The notes beneath the pieces were generated by a model, which saw nothing but the letters and a program-made list of their open reading frames with translations, searched no databases and was not told the DNA's origin. Position numbers and translations under genes: made by a program. This document shows positions 40,525-48,915 of a stretch of DNA of 64,000 nt, in pieces (the first letter of the stretch is position 1; every line of letters begins with the position of its first letter). Origin of the DNA: Candidatus Micrarchaeota archaeon (GTDB taxonomy: Archaea > Micrarchaeota > Micrarchaeia > Anstonellales > Bilamarchaeaceae); NCBI GenBank assembly GCA_043803165.1, contig JAZDKI010000021.1, positions 5,576 to 69,575 on the forward strand, written 5' to 3'.

Positions 40525-41244
40525 TTAGTATGATCTCCCGACGCCTTCGAAGAAAATGATGTCGGGGCCTTTGTGCGCAGACAGCTTCTCCCCCTTGCGG
40601 AGCCGGCGGACGAAGACGCCGTCGGTTATGAATGCGCAGTCGCTTCCGACGGTTATAGAGACGCCGGATCGGTCATCGAGCAGCTGCGGGGAGAATGCGC
40701 GCTTATATGGACATATAGGCACCAGGTTTAATTCCCTTTCGCTCGGGCCTATCCTCTTCCCGCCGGCCGAATACGCGTATGCGGCGGAGCCCAAAGCCGT
40801 CGAGATTATCATCCCGTCGCCTTCGAAATGCGTCTCATGTTTCCCTGCGTCTGTCTCGACCGAGACGGACATCTCCGCCACCCGGTAGTGCGTCGCGTGT
40901 ATCACCACGTCATTCAATGCGACAAGCTTTTTGCCCCCGAACTCGCACTCGAGGGACATCACGAGATCGCGCTTATCGCTCGAAAGCAGGCCCATGATCT
41001 TCCCTTTCCAGTCGTCCCTGTGCAGTTGGCAGATGTAGCTCTTGTCGCCTCCGATGCCGAGGATCGCGCCATCAATCCTCCCCTTGTAATTCGCATAGAG
41101 GATGGTGCCGTCCCCGCCGATGCATATCGTGGCCTCAGCCCCTCTCTTGACGGTTTGATGCGCAGGAGAGAGGAATGCGCGGAGCTCCCTGGCCAGGTCT
41201 TTCGCCCACTGCTTCTTGGGATTGGCGAGGATCTTGATCTTCAT
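40525..41244 (-). CDS. nadK: NAD kinase
   Basis: IGGDGTIL, ALNDVV, GDG.IIST..GS.AY..SAGG. Confidence 0.85.
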   Translation of the reverse strand: MKIKILANPKKQWAKDLARELRAFLSPAHQTVKRGAEATICIGGDGTILYANYKGRIDGAILGIGGDKSYICQLHRDDWKGKIMGLLSSDKRDLVMSLECEFGGKKLVALNDVVIHATHYRVAEMSVSVETDAGKHETHFEGDGMIISTALGSAAYAYSAGGKRIGPSERELNLVPICPYKRAFSPQLLDDRSGVSITVGSDCAFITDGVFVRRLRKGEKLSAHKGPDIIFFEGVGRSY

Positions 41245-41276
41245 AAGACTGGTTTAGGGGGCGATTATTAAAAAAA

Positions 41277-41681
41277 TCAGGGGTAGCGTCTGCCGCCGAG
41301 GGGGCCGACGACGTTTCCGGTCGCAGAGACTCCGACTGCCGATTTCGGGCCGCTTCCACGCATGGATTTCGGCGGGGTCTGGAACTCGCCGTCCTTATCG
41401 GCCCTGCTCAGGTCGCCCCGGAGCTTGATCGTCATCTCCTTCATGCCTGGCTTTGAGAGAGCCCGCTTGGGGGACAGGGTTATCACGTGCGAGACGTCAT
41501 CCGTATTATCCGAGACCATGCCTACGAACCTGAGGTTGCCGGGCGATACCTGGACGCCCTGCTTCCAGACAAGCCTTGCGACATCCTTTGCGAGGTCTAA
41601 GGTCGTCTGTACCCTCACCCCGATCACGCCGAGGCTGGTGCTGTGCCCGAATTCGGAGTATTCGTAGATGGTCTTTGACAT
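41277..41681 (-). CDS. Hypothetical protein
   Basis: 134-aa ORF with AT-rich promoter and T-tract after the stop. Confidence 0.6.
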   Translation of the reverse strand: MSKTIYEYSEFGHSTSLGVIGVRVQTTLDLAKDVARLVWKQGVQVSPGNLRFVGMVSDNTDDVSHVITLSPKRALSKPGMKEMTIKLRGDLSRADKDGEFQTPPKSMRGSGPKSAVGVSATGNVVGPLGGRRYP

Positions 41682-41786
41682 GAATATATATTATGCACCA
41701 CACAATATTTAAATATTTCCATAGGAGTATATTTATCAACACTATTATGCCAAGAAGGCGGTGGACAGACGGCGGTTTGAAAAAAA

Positions 41787-42227
41787 TCAGTACATGACGC
41801 ACCTGCACTTGGGGCACATCATCCCTTTGGTGGCCGGATCGCCGCATCTCGGACAGTAGACGATGGAAGCTAGTTTCGACCTGTTCCGAAAAGCGCCTGA
41901 CGGCTTCATGTAGCCGCAGGGCTCCATCACCTTGCCTCCGATGCGCTTCGTCTGCTCGACATGCTTATCGAAATCGTCGGTCAGGCCTTTTTTCGGGGTG
42001 AAGGTGATGATGAATTCGCCTTTGGCTAGGGGGCTGGCCGGCGGGGATGTGCAATCCGATTCCCGTATGCTTGCGCGCTTCCCGCCCGCCTGCGCTATCG
42101 CGGATTCGATTTCGCTCTTCCAGCACCCGCAAGGAGAGATCACCCTGACCTGGTGGTATGTGGCGTCGTATATCGCGCAGCCGGTCCATTCGCTATGTGA
42201 AGGTGGAGAAGGGCCGGAACTTGCCAT
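41787..42227 (-). CDS. Hypothetical protein with C-terminal Zn ribbon
   Basis: CPRC...CPKC; T-tract after the stop. Confidence 0.6.
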   Translation of the reverse strand: MASSGPSPPSHSEWTGCAIYDATYHQVRVISPCGCWKSEIESAIAQAGGKRASIRESDCTSPPASPLAKGEFIITFTPKKGLTDDFDKHVEQTKRIGGKVMEPCGYMKPSGAFRNRSKLASIVYCPRCGDPATKGMMCPKCRCVMY

Positions 42228-42345
42228 ATAAATCATATTTGTATATAATAGATAACAATTATAAAGCGAACTTCCATTTATGGAAAAGCAGCAGAAAAGA
42301 GAAAAAATAGGAAAAGGAAAGGGGCTTACGCCCCGATAAATCATT

Positions 42346-43428
42346 TCAGCCGAGGACTTCCAAGTCCGAGTGGTAGGACGGAACGCCTGTGGTCTCCTCT
42401 TCTGAGACCGAGGTGCCCGCTACCGAAGCGCCCTTCACGCCTGTCACGATGGCCACTATCTCGAGCTTGCCCTCGTAGTTCTGCATGATCCTGGCGCCCC
42501 ATTTCACGTTCGCCTCGGCGTCCATCTTCTCGGTCACCCATTCGCCGGCCTTGATAGCGTCGCCCAATGTCAGGTCGCTGCCTCCGGTGATGTGGATAAG
42601 GGCGCCCTTCGCGCCTTCGAAGTCGACGTCCAAGAGCCTGTTCTTAATGACGCCTTCAGCCGCAGCCTTGACCTTGTCGTTGCCCTTGCCCTCGCCGACC
42701 GCGATGAAGCCTACGCCTCCGCCTTCCATGATCGCGCGCACATCGGCGAAGTCGATGTTGATCAATGATGGCTGTGTGATGGTCCAGACCAATCCGCTGA
42801 TCGCCCTCGAGAGGATCTCGTCGGCGACAGCGAACGCTTCCGCCATCGGCAGGTTCGGCACCAATTGGACCAGCCTGTTGTTGTCCAGGATGATGACCGA
42901 GTCGCAGCTCTTCTTGAGGAGCTTTATGCCGTCATCGGCCCTCTTCTTCCTCGCTCTTTCCAGAGCGAACGGGTAGGTGACCATCGCCACGACGATCGCG
43001 CCCTGCTCCTTGGCTATCTGGGCCACGATAGGGGCAGCTCCGCCGCCGGTTCCGCCGCCCATGCCTGCGCAGATGAACACCAGGTGCGCGCCTTCGAGCT
43101 CCCGCTCGACGAGCGGCCTGTCCACTTCAGCCGATTTGGCGCCGATGTCCGGGTATCCGCCGGCACCGAGGCCTTTTGTGACCGATTTGCCGATCAGCAC
43201 TTTCTTCGCGCGCTCATGCACGATGTTCAGGTGCTGCTTGTCCGTGTTTATGGCTACGAGTTCCGTGCCTTTGACACCGCTCTTTATGAGCCTGTTGATC
43301 GTGTTGTTTCCAGCGCCGCCGACGCCGACGGTCACGATCTTGATGCTCTCCGAGCTCATCGCATCCGAGGACTGCTTCTCGGCCTGCGGATTGTTCTCCC
43401 CTACGACAGATCTTACCAAGTCTTCCAT
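42346..43428 (-). CDS. ftsZ: Cell division protein FtsZ
   Basis: GVGGAGNN, NTDKQHL, GMGGGTGGG (variant of GGGTGTG), INIDFADV. Confidence 0.95.
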   Translation of the reverse strand: MEDLVRSVVGENNPQAEKQSSDAMSSESIKIVTVGVGGAGNNTINRLIKSGVKGTELVAINTDKQHLNIVHERAKKVLIGKSVTKGLGAGGYPDIGAKSAEVDRPLVERELEGAHLVFICAGMGGGTGGGAAPIVAQIAKEQGAIVVAMVTYPFALERARKKRADDGIKLLKKSCDSVIILDNNRLVQLVPNLPMAEAFAVADEILSRAISGLVWTITQPSLINIDFADVRAIMEGGGVGFIAVGEGKGNDKVKAAAEGVIKNRLLDVDFEGAKGALIHITGGSDLTLGDAIKAGEWVTEKMDAEANVKWGARIMQNYEGKLEIVAIVTGVKGASVAGTSVSEEETTGVPSYHSDLEVLG

Positions 43429-43672
43429 GTTTTCACCTTATTGTTTTTCTCTCTCATGAGTATGAGAGTCGATATGATGGGGATTTCGGCGGTTTATATG
43501 AATTAGGTTTATCGCCTGTGTTTTTAGTCCATAAAATTGCAGGGAAAAAAACAGAATCGCGAAAATCGAGGGGAAAGTTTAAATGTATTTAGTGCATGTA
43601 TTGACCGGATTCGGGCGATTGCAGTATGTTGCCCGTGCGATAGACGGATATTTGGTGGCCAGGGGTGTGTGG

Positions 43673-43891
43673 ATGGTGAAAGTGATAACGATAATGGATG
43701 ACATCTACGTCGATTTGTACAAATTGAAGCGCTCGAAGAACATGAGCTTCAGCGAGCTCTTCAGATATCTCCTCAAGGAGAGGAAGGAGGGGACGGGGAG
43801 CATCATCAGCATGGCAGGAAGGATAAACCATGACGATATCGATGCGCACGCGGTCGATAAGATACGCTATGAGACGGCCTGGGCCAGGTGA
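43673..43891 (+). CDS. VapB-like antitoxin (archaeal RHH type)
   Basis: KVITIMDDIY..L.KLK...SFSE; overlaps the PIN gene. Confidence 0.7.
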   Translation: MVKVITIMDDIYVDLYKLKRSKNMSFSELFRYLLKERKEGTGSIISMAGRINHDDIDAHAVDKIRYETAWAR

Positions 43892-44271
43892 TCCTTTTGA
43901 ATAAGATATGCTTGGATTTCGAGATAGCCCTCGACTTCCTTCGGGGGGATGTCCGGACGAAGGAGAAGCTCCAGCAGTATGCCGACCGGGAAGAGATCTG
44001 CATAACGAGCCTGACCATGATGCACCTCCTGGAGACCGTGAGCAAGAAGGACGTGGTCCTGGATTTCGCTTCGTTCGTGACCGTCCTGCCCCTCGATAAA
44101 TTGGCGGCGCAGAACGCATCTCGGATATCGAACGACTTGAGGGAGCGCGGGGAGCGCTTCGGCATAAACGAGAGCGTGCTGACAGCGGCTATATGCATGA
44201 CCAACGACGCGCTGTTATACGCGAAGAGGCCGGAGAATTTCACCGGGATAAAGGGCCTGCGGAAGGTCTAG
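43888..44271 (+). CDS. VapC-like PIN-domain protein
   Basis: ICLD..IALDFLRG, AAIC..ND..L, F..IKGL. Confidence 0.7.
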   Translation: MILLNKICLDFEIALDFLRGDVRTKEKLQQYADREEICITSLTMMHLLETVSKKDVVLDFASFVTVLPLDKLAAQNASRISNDLRERGERFGINESVLTAAICMTNDALLYAKRPENFTGIKGLRKV

Positions 44272-44276
44272 GCTGG

Positions 44277-45101
44277 TCACTCGCGGTTCAACGATTCCAG
44301 CAACCTCGCGGCCGCGGAAATCTGCTCCGGCGTTCCGGCCACGACCAATGAGCCGTTTTCTTCCCTGATGGCCAATTTCGGCCCGCCACCTCCAGCTTGT
44401 CCGGTAGCCCGAACAAGGGGTGCATTGTCGCCTGCAACAATCGCGTCGGTGGCCTCTACTGCCACCCCGAAGCCATAGGACGGCCTGTCGTCGAGGTCCA
44501 CGCCCCGCCTGTTGCCGTAGTCGAGCCAGTAGCCGCGGGCAACGAGGCCCACTCTTTTTCCGATTCTCCAAAGGAATCTGGCGGCCTCATTGCTGATATT
44601 AACTTCCTTTCCAGTTGGAATATCATATTTCGGATCACCGAGATGCCAGTTTTTCGAAGCAACGGGAAATTCGGAAACTACGCCAACTTCTTTGGCTTGC
44701 ACAACTCTTGTTTTTCCGTCTGTTTCAAGCGTGAAGCCCGGATGCTGAGCAACAAGAATAACGTTTTTCTTCCCTACGTGCTCTTCAGGGACCGGGAAGA
44801 CATATCTTATGCCTGTTTCAGAATCAACATATTCGATAGTTTTTCCGAGTTTCTGGTCGGGCTTATCATACCCTGTCATATCGCCGCCCCAGCAGGCGAA
44901 AGCCTCTTTCATGCCCCGCCACTCACCGCTTCCGACGAGGACTTTGCTCAGCCTTCTGTTTGAAGCTATGACTAGTCCGGCCTCATCAGCCCTGCGGAGG
45001 GCCTCTTCCATCGGAACGCCATCGCTGCGCTTTACAAAAACGGCCAGATTCGGACCTCTCGTCCTTTCCTTTCCTGAAACATGTTGCGCTGGATTAGACA
45101 T
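44277..45101 (-). CDS. Hypothetical protein, probable DGR target (CLec-like variable region) with a short C-terminal secretin-N/NolW-like motif
   Basis: RVGLVARGYWLDYGNRRGVDLDDRPSYGFGV variable-repeat-like segment; GSLVVAGTPEQI tail. Confidence 0.6.
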   Translation of the reverse strand: MSNPAQHVSGKERTRGPNLAVFVKRSDGVPMEEALRRADEAGLVIASNRRLSKVLVGSGEWRGMKEAFACWGGDMTGYDKPDQKLGKTIEYVDSETGIRYVFPVPEEHVGKKNVILVAQHPGFTLETDGKTRVVQAKEVGVVSEFPVASKNWHLGDPKYDIPTGKEVNISNEAARFLWRIGKRVGLVARGYWLDYGNRRGVDLDDRPSYGFGVAVEATDAIVAGDNAPLVRATGQAGGGGPKLAIREENGSLVVAGTPEQISAAARLLESLNRE

Positions 45102-45295
45102 ATGTCCACCTATAATAACATAAATTGTCACCATGCCCTTAAAAATATATCTGCCCCCACCACGGCGCCATCCTTTCATGATTATTTTCGCTTATGCAGG
45201 AATCGCCTTGGCCAACCGACGAGTTTCTTTCTCCTGATCTTTAAAATCAAGAACGGAGCGACAGGATTTATAATCAGAAACCGCGATAGCCAATC

Positions 45296-46066
45296 ATGCT
45301 CAAGGCTCTTGTCCTTACAGGGTTCGGGATAAACTGCGAGGTCGAGAGCAGGCACTGCATCGAAAAGACCGGGGGCAGGGGCGACATCGTCCACCTGAAC
45401 CTTCTTCTGGACAACCCGAAGATGCTCGAAGACTACAACATGCTCATGATACCGGGCGGATTCTCTTTCGGCGACGATCTAGGTTCCGGAAAGGTCTTCG
45501 GGAACAAGATGAAATTCAGATTGCACGAGCCGCTCGAAAGGTTTGTCAAAGACGGCAAACTCATCCTCGGGATATGCAACGGGTTCCAGGTGATGGTCAA
45601 GATGGGCCTGCTCCCTGAGCCGGACTTCCACCAGACCGTGAGCCTGACAGGGAACGACTCGGGTCATTTCGAAGACAGATGGGTATTCCTGAAAGCGAAC
45701 CAAAACTCGCCCTGCGTATTCACCAAGGGGATGGAATATCTTCTTGTGCCTGTGCGGCATGGGGAGGGGAAATTCGTCACGGCCGATAGCGGCGTCCTCG
45801 AGAATCTTAAGAAAAACAACCAGGTCGTGTTCCAATATGTCGACGAGAAAGGATCGCCCGCAGGCTATCCCTACAATCCGAACGGCTCGGTGGATAACAT
45901 CGCCGGGATATGCGATAAAAGCGGACGTATCTTCGGGATGATGCCGCATCCCGAGGCCTTCAACATCCCCGAGAACTGCCCGTACTGGGTCAAAGGGACG
46001 ATAAAGGAAGCGATGGGCCTGCGGATATTCAAGAACGCGGTGGACTACGCAACGAAGACGTTCTGA
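45296..46066 (+). CDS. purQ: Phosphoribosylformylglycinamidine synthase subunit PurQ
   Basis: PGGFSFGD, GICNGFQ, HGEG, NPNGS, MMPHPE. Confidence 0.92.
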   Translation: MLKALVLTGFGINCEVESRHCIEKTGGRGDIVHLNLLLDNPKMLEDYNMLMIPGGFSFGDDLGSGKVFGNKMKFRLHEPLERFVKDGKLILGICNGFQVMVKMGLLPEPDFHQTVSLTGNDSGHFEDRWVFLKANQNSPCVFTKGMEYLLVPVRHGEGKFVTADSGVLENLKKNNQVVFQYVDEKGSPAGYPYNPNGSVDNIAGICDKSGRIFGMMPHPEAFNIPENCPYWVKGTIKEAMGLRIFKNAVDYATKTF

Positions 46067-46501
46067 TCATTTCCCCACAACCTTCTCGGCTTTTTCGAGG
46101 AACGCCCCTGCGAAATCCAGGATCTCCTTCGCCTGGAGCTCGCTCGCCCGGAACGAGGCGGAATACTGCACCTCGTGCCTCTCCTCGCGGAAAGAATCGA
46201 AGAGCCGTATTGACTTGCTGTCGAAGATATCTCTGTGCGCTGATTCGAGATACCGAGCGATGCATATGTGGCTCTTTTCCCTGACCCCGTCGTTGAACAA
46301 TACTGCCTTCGATGCGCAGAGCAGAGACATGTACGCGAGGATTATCGTGGCGTCGAAACGCTTCTCTGCGAAGTTCGCTTTGGCATCCTCGAGCGCGGAT
46401 GCCGCTTTGCCGAGGCTCATTAGCGCCTGCTCCTTTGATGGAAGCGTCTTCCTCAGCATCCCCTTCGCGAAGCATTCCTCGACATCAATCAATCTTTTCA
46501 C
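46067..46501 (-). CDS. HEPN-domain protein (toxin of an MNT-HEPN pair)
   Basis: AY, KSH, R.ERHEVQY motif. Confidence 0.8.
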   Translation of the reverse strand: MKRLIDVEECFAKGMLRKTLPSKEQALMSLGKAASALEDAKANFAEKRFDATIILAYMSLLCASKAVLFNDGVREKSHICIARYLESAHRDIFDSKSIRLFDSFREERHEVQYSASFRASELQAKEILDFAGAFLEKAEKVVGK

Positions 46502-47018
46502 CGCCGATATGGAACGAGTTCAGAAGGGTGGAATAAAAAGGCGGGTCGACACGCCTCATTTCCGCGATGCGGTTTTCGGTGAGGGTGATCAGGCTCACCT
46601 CTCCGGCTCCGGTCGCCTGCTTGATAAGTCCGCGTATCTCGCTCGTGGATTCGGCGCCCGGCTCCTTATCCACCTTCACCCAGACATCGAGGTCGCTCGC
46701 TTCGGTGTTAGCGCCTTTGGCCCAGCTCCCGAAGACTCCGAAACCTTTCACGCCGAGCCTGCGGATCCTCGCCCATGCCGCGACCAGTCTGTCGATATTG
46801 AATATCAGCCTAAGCGCCTGGATGCGTGGATCAGCGCTCGCCCGCCCATTTTCCAAGAGCCTTTCCTTAGACATCTTTTTCATCAGGGTGGACACGTATC
46901 CTGGATTCATGCCGAGCTCCTTGGCCGATGACCTTACCCTTGCCGGCTCGGAAGAGTAAAGCAGGCGTTCGAGCAGGCGAATCTTTTTTTCGGTCGCTAT
47001 CAGGCGTAATGTTTGCAT
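46485..47018 (-). CDS. HTH-fused minimal nucleotidyltransferase (MNT antitoxin)
   Basis: N-terminal wHTH; FGSWAKG..TEASDLDV. Confidence 0.85.
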   Translation of the reverse strand: MQTLRLIATEKKIRLLERLLYSSEPARVRSSAKELGMNPGYVSTLMKKMSKERLLENGRASADPRIQALRLIFNIDRLVAAWARIRRLGVKGFGVFGSWAKGANTEASDLDVWVKVDKEPGAESTSEIRGLIKQATGAGEVSLITLTENRIAEMRRVDPPFYSTLLNSFHIGGEKID

Positions 47019-47020
47019 AA

Positions 47021-47083
47021 AACAAACATAACGTTTGTTATTAATAAACATATCGTTTGTTTTTAACAAACAGAGATGTTCAA
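47021..47083. promoter_or_regulatory. Tandem palindromic operator array AAyAAAC-N5-GTTTGTT with 22-bp period
   Basis: Units at 47021-47039 and 47043-47061, degenerate unit at 47065-47083, directly upstream of the MNT start. Confidence 0.6.
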
Positions 47084-47085
47084 TC

Positions 47086-47565
47086 CTAATGCCTTCCGAA
47101 AATCAGGAAGCCGATCGCAGGCACGAACATCACGACGAGGGCGATGTGGAAGAGCGTGTGCGCGAGATCCAGGAATGCGTGCGTGATGAAGACCGTCACC
47201 GAGTTGTTGCCGTCCAGCCTGGAGAATGTCCTCTTGAAGAAGCCCATCACGATTATGATCGGGATAGCGAGCATCAGCACAAGGAAAGCCGAGGTTATGC
47301 CCGGCGTCTTGAGGAACGCCACGATGCGCTCGACATTGTTGTCCCAGACGAAGTAGCCTATCGAGATCAGCCCCAGGAAAAGCAGGGCGAAATCCGCCAC
47401 CCTTCCGCTCTCGGGATAGAGCCCCTTGGTGTATTCGTCGGATATCAGCTTGACCGAGCGCGGGACCTCCCAGACGATGAAGGCTATCACCAGCAGTGCG
47501 CTGAACGAGTCGAACATGGGTATGTTTATCAGGTTGAAGAAGTCAGCGAGCATCGTGTTTGGCAT
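47086..47565 (-). CDS. Membrane protein (about 4 TM)
   Basis: Hydrophobic helices. Confidence 0.65.
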   Translation of the reverse strand: MPNTMLADFFNLINIPMFDSFSALLVIAFIVWEVPRSVKLISDEYTKGLYPESGRVADFALLFLGLISIGYFVWDNNVERIVAFLKTPGITSAFLVLMLAIPIIIVMGFFKRTFSRLDGNNSVTVFITHAFLDLAHTLFHIALVVMFVPAIGFLIFGRH

Positions 47566-47675
47566 GGGATTTTCTTATCAGGGTAGGCATTAAAAAACGA
47601 TGCGCAAGCCTGCCGAAGTAGGGATAGACGTTTGACGAAATGAATAAAAACCTGACATGGCCATAGGGACTGCGC

Positions 47676-47775
47676 GGGTGGATATTTGGAAAAAGTCAAA
47701 ATGGAGATGCCCTTGAACAGGGTTCAAGTATCTCCATTTTTTGGGTGAATATTTGGAAAAAGTCAAAATGGAGAT
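47676..47775. repeat. 33-bp direct repeat (1 mismatch) flanking an inverted repeat
   Basis: GGGTGRATATTTGGAAAAAGTCAAAATGGAGAT at 47676-47708 and 47743-47775; hairpin 47698-47740. Confidence 0.85.
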
Positions 47776-48442
47776 AGCCGGCGAGATTTCCCTTTCCGAC
47801 GATCCTGGGGCGACCATGAGGAAATGGCGCGAGATATTCAGCATCTCGCAGGTCGAATTAGCCAAACACCTGGGGATAACGGTGTCCACCATCAGCGATT
47901 ACGAGGGCAACCGGAGGAAGTCGCCTGGGACCGGCGTGATAAAGAGGTTCGTCAACTCGCTTTTCGATATCGATATGGCCAAGGGCGGGGGCATCTCCCA
48001 GAAGTTCCGCGAGAAGGAGAAGCCGGTGAGCGAGTATTTCGAGGTCCACGAGTTCGCAAGGTCCATCCCCTTGAAGGATTTCGTGGACCTGATAGGGGGA
48101 AAAGTCATAACCAACCCGGACCTGCTGGATTCCAAGAAGATATACGGCTACACGCTGATCGACAGCATCAAGGTCATATTGGACATGCCGTTCTCGTATT
48201 TCCAGAACCTCTATGGCAATGTCAATGAGAGGGTCTTCATATTCACGGGGGTCAGCACGGGCAGGAGCCCGTTGGTAGTCGTTCGCGTCAGTTCGTCAAA
48301 GCCGTCGGCGGTGGTGCTCCACAACATCGACCCGGCCAAAGTGGACAAGCTCGCGGTCAAGATATCAGAGCGGGAGCGCATCCCGATGATAGCGACCAAC
48401 ATGTCTATAGAGAAGATAAAGGAAGCGCTGAACCGGATCTGA
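47741..48442 (+). CDS. Archaeal XRE-type HTH transcriptional regulator (COG1709-like)
   Basis: IAGEI.LSDDPG.TMRKWR, SDYEGNRRKSPG, STGRSP. Confidence 0.8.
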   Translation: MGEYLEKVKMEIAGEISLSDDPGATMRKWREIFSISQVELAKHLGITVSTISDYEGNRRKSPGTGVIKRFVNSLFDIDMAKGGGISQKFREKEKPVSEYFEVHEFARSIPLKDFVDLIGGKVITNPDLLDSKKIYGYTLIDSIKVILDMPFSYFQNLYGNVNERVFIFTGVSTGRSPLVVVRVSSSKPSAVVLHNIDPAKVDKLAVKISERERIPMIATNMSIEKIKEALNRI

Positions 48443-48446
48443 TCCT

Positions 48447-48863
48447 TCAAGCCTCTTTCCTGCGGACGAGCCAGTAATAGATGAAGGAACCGAAGCCGAG
48501 CGCGAGCCATATCAGGGCGAGCCGCTTTACCTTCTCCCCGCTGGTATCCTTCCTGGAGAAGACATCGAAGGAGCAGACGGCCGCACAGAGGAATGCGAGG
48601 GGGCCGCAGGCCAGGATTCCGACCATCACGATGATGCCGAAGAAAGACTGGGCTGTGAAGCACAATTCAGACATCGCATCCATCAGGCCCGCCGGACCGC
48701 TGCCGGATGGCGGAGCGGAAGGCTCGCATGTGCAGGCGGTCCCCGCGCCGAGCAGGCTGCAGACCAGAAGCGGGGTCAGGACATATGCGAGAATCCCCAA
48801 GAATGCCACTATCGGAAACAGAAGCGAGACGAATGCCGCCCATTTGACGTGTTTCTTCTCCAT
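48447..48863 (-). CDS. Small Cys-rich membrane protein
   Basis: 3 TM helices. Confidence 0.55.
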   Translation of the reverse strand: MEKKHVKWAAFVSLLFPIVAFLGILAYVLTPLLVCSLLGAGTACTCEPSAPPSGSGPAGLMDAMSELCFTAQSFFGIIVMVGILACGPLAFLCAAVCSFDVFSRKDTSGEKVKRLALIWLALGFGSFIYYWLVRRKEA

Positions 48864-48915
48864 GGGATTGCTTCCCCCATCAAACATTAAAAAGATATGA
48901 CCACAAAATAGTCCT

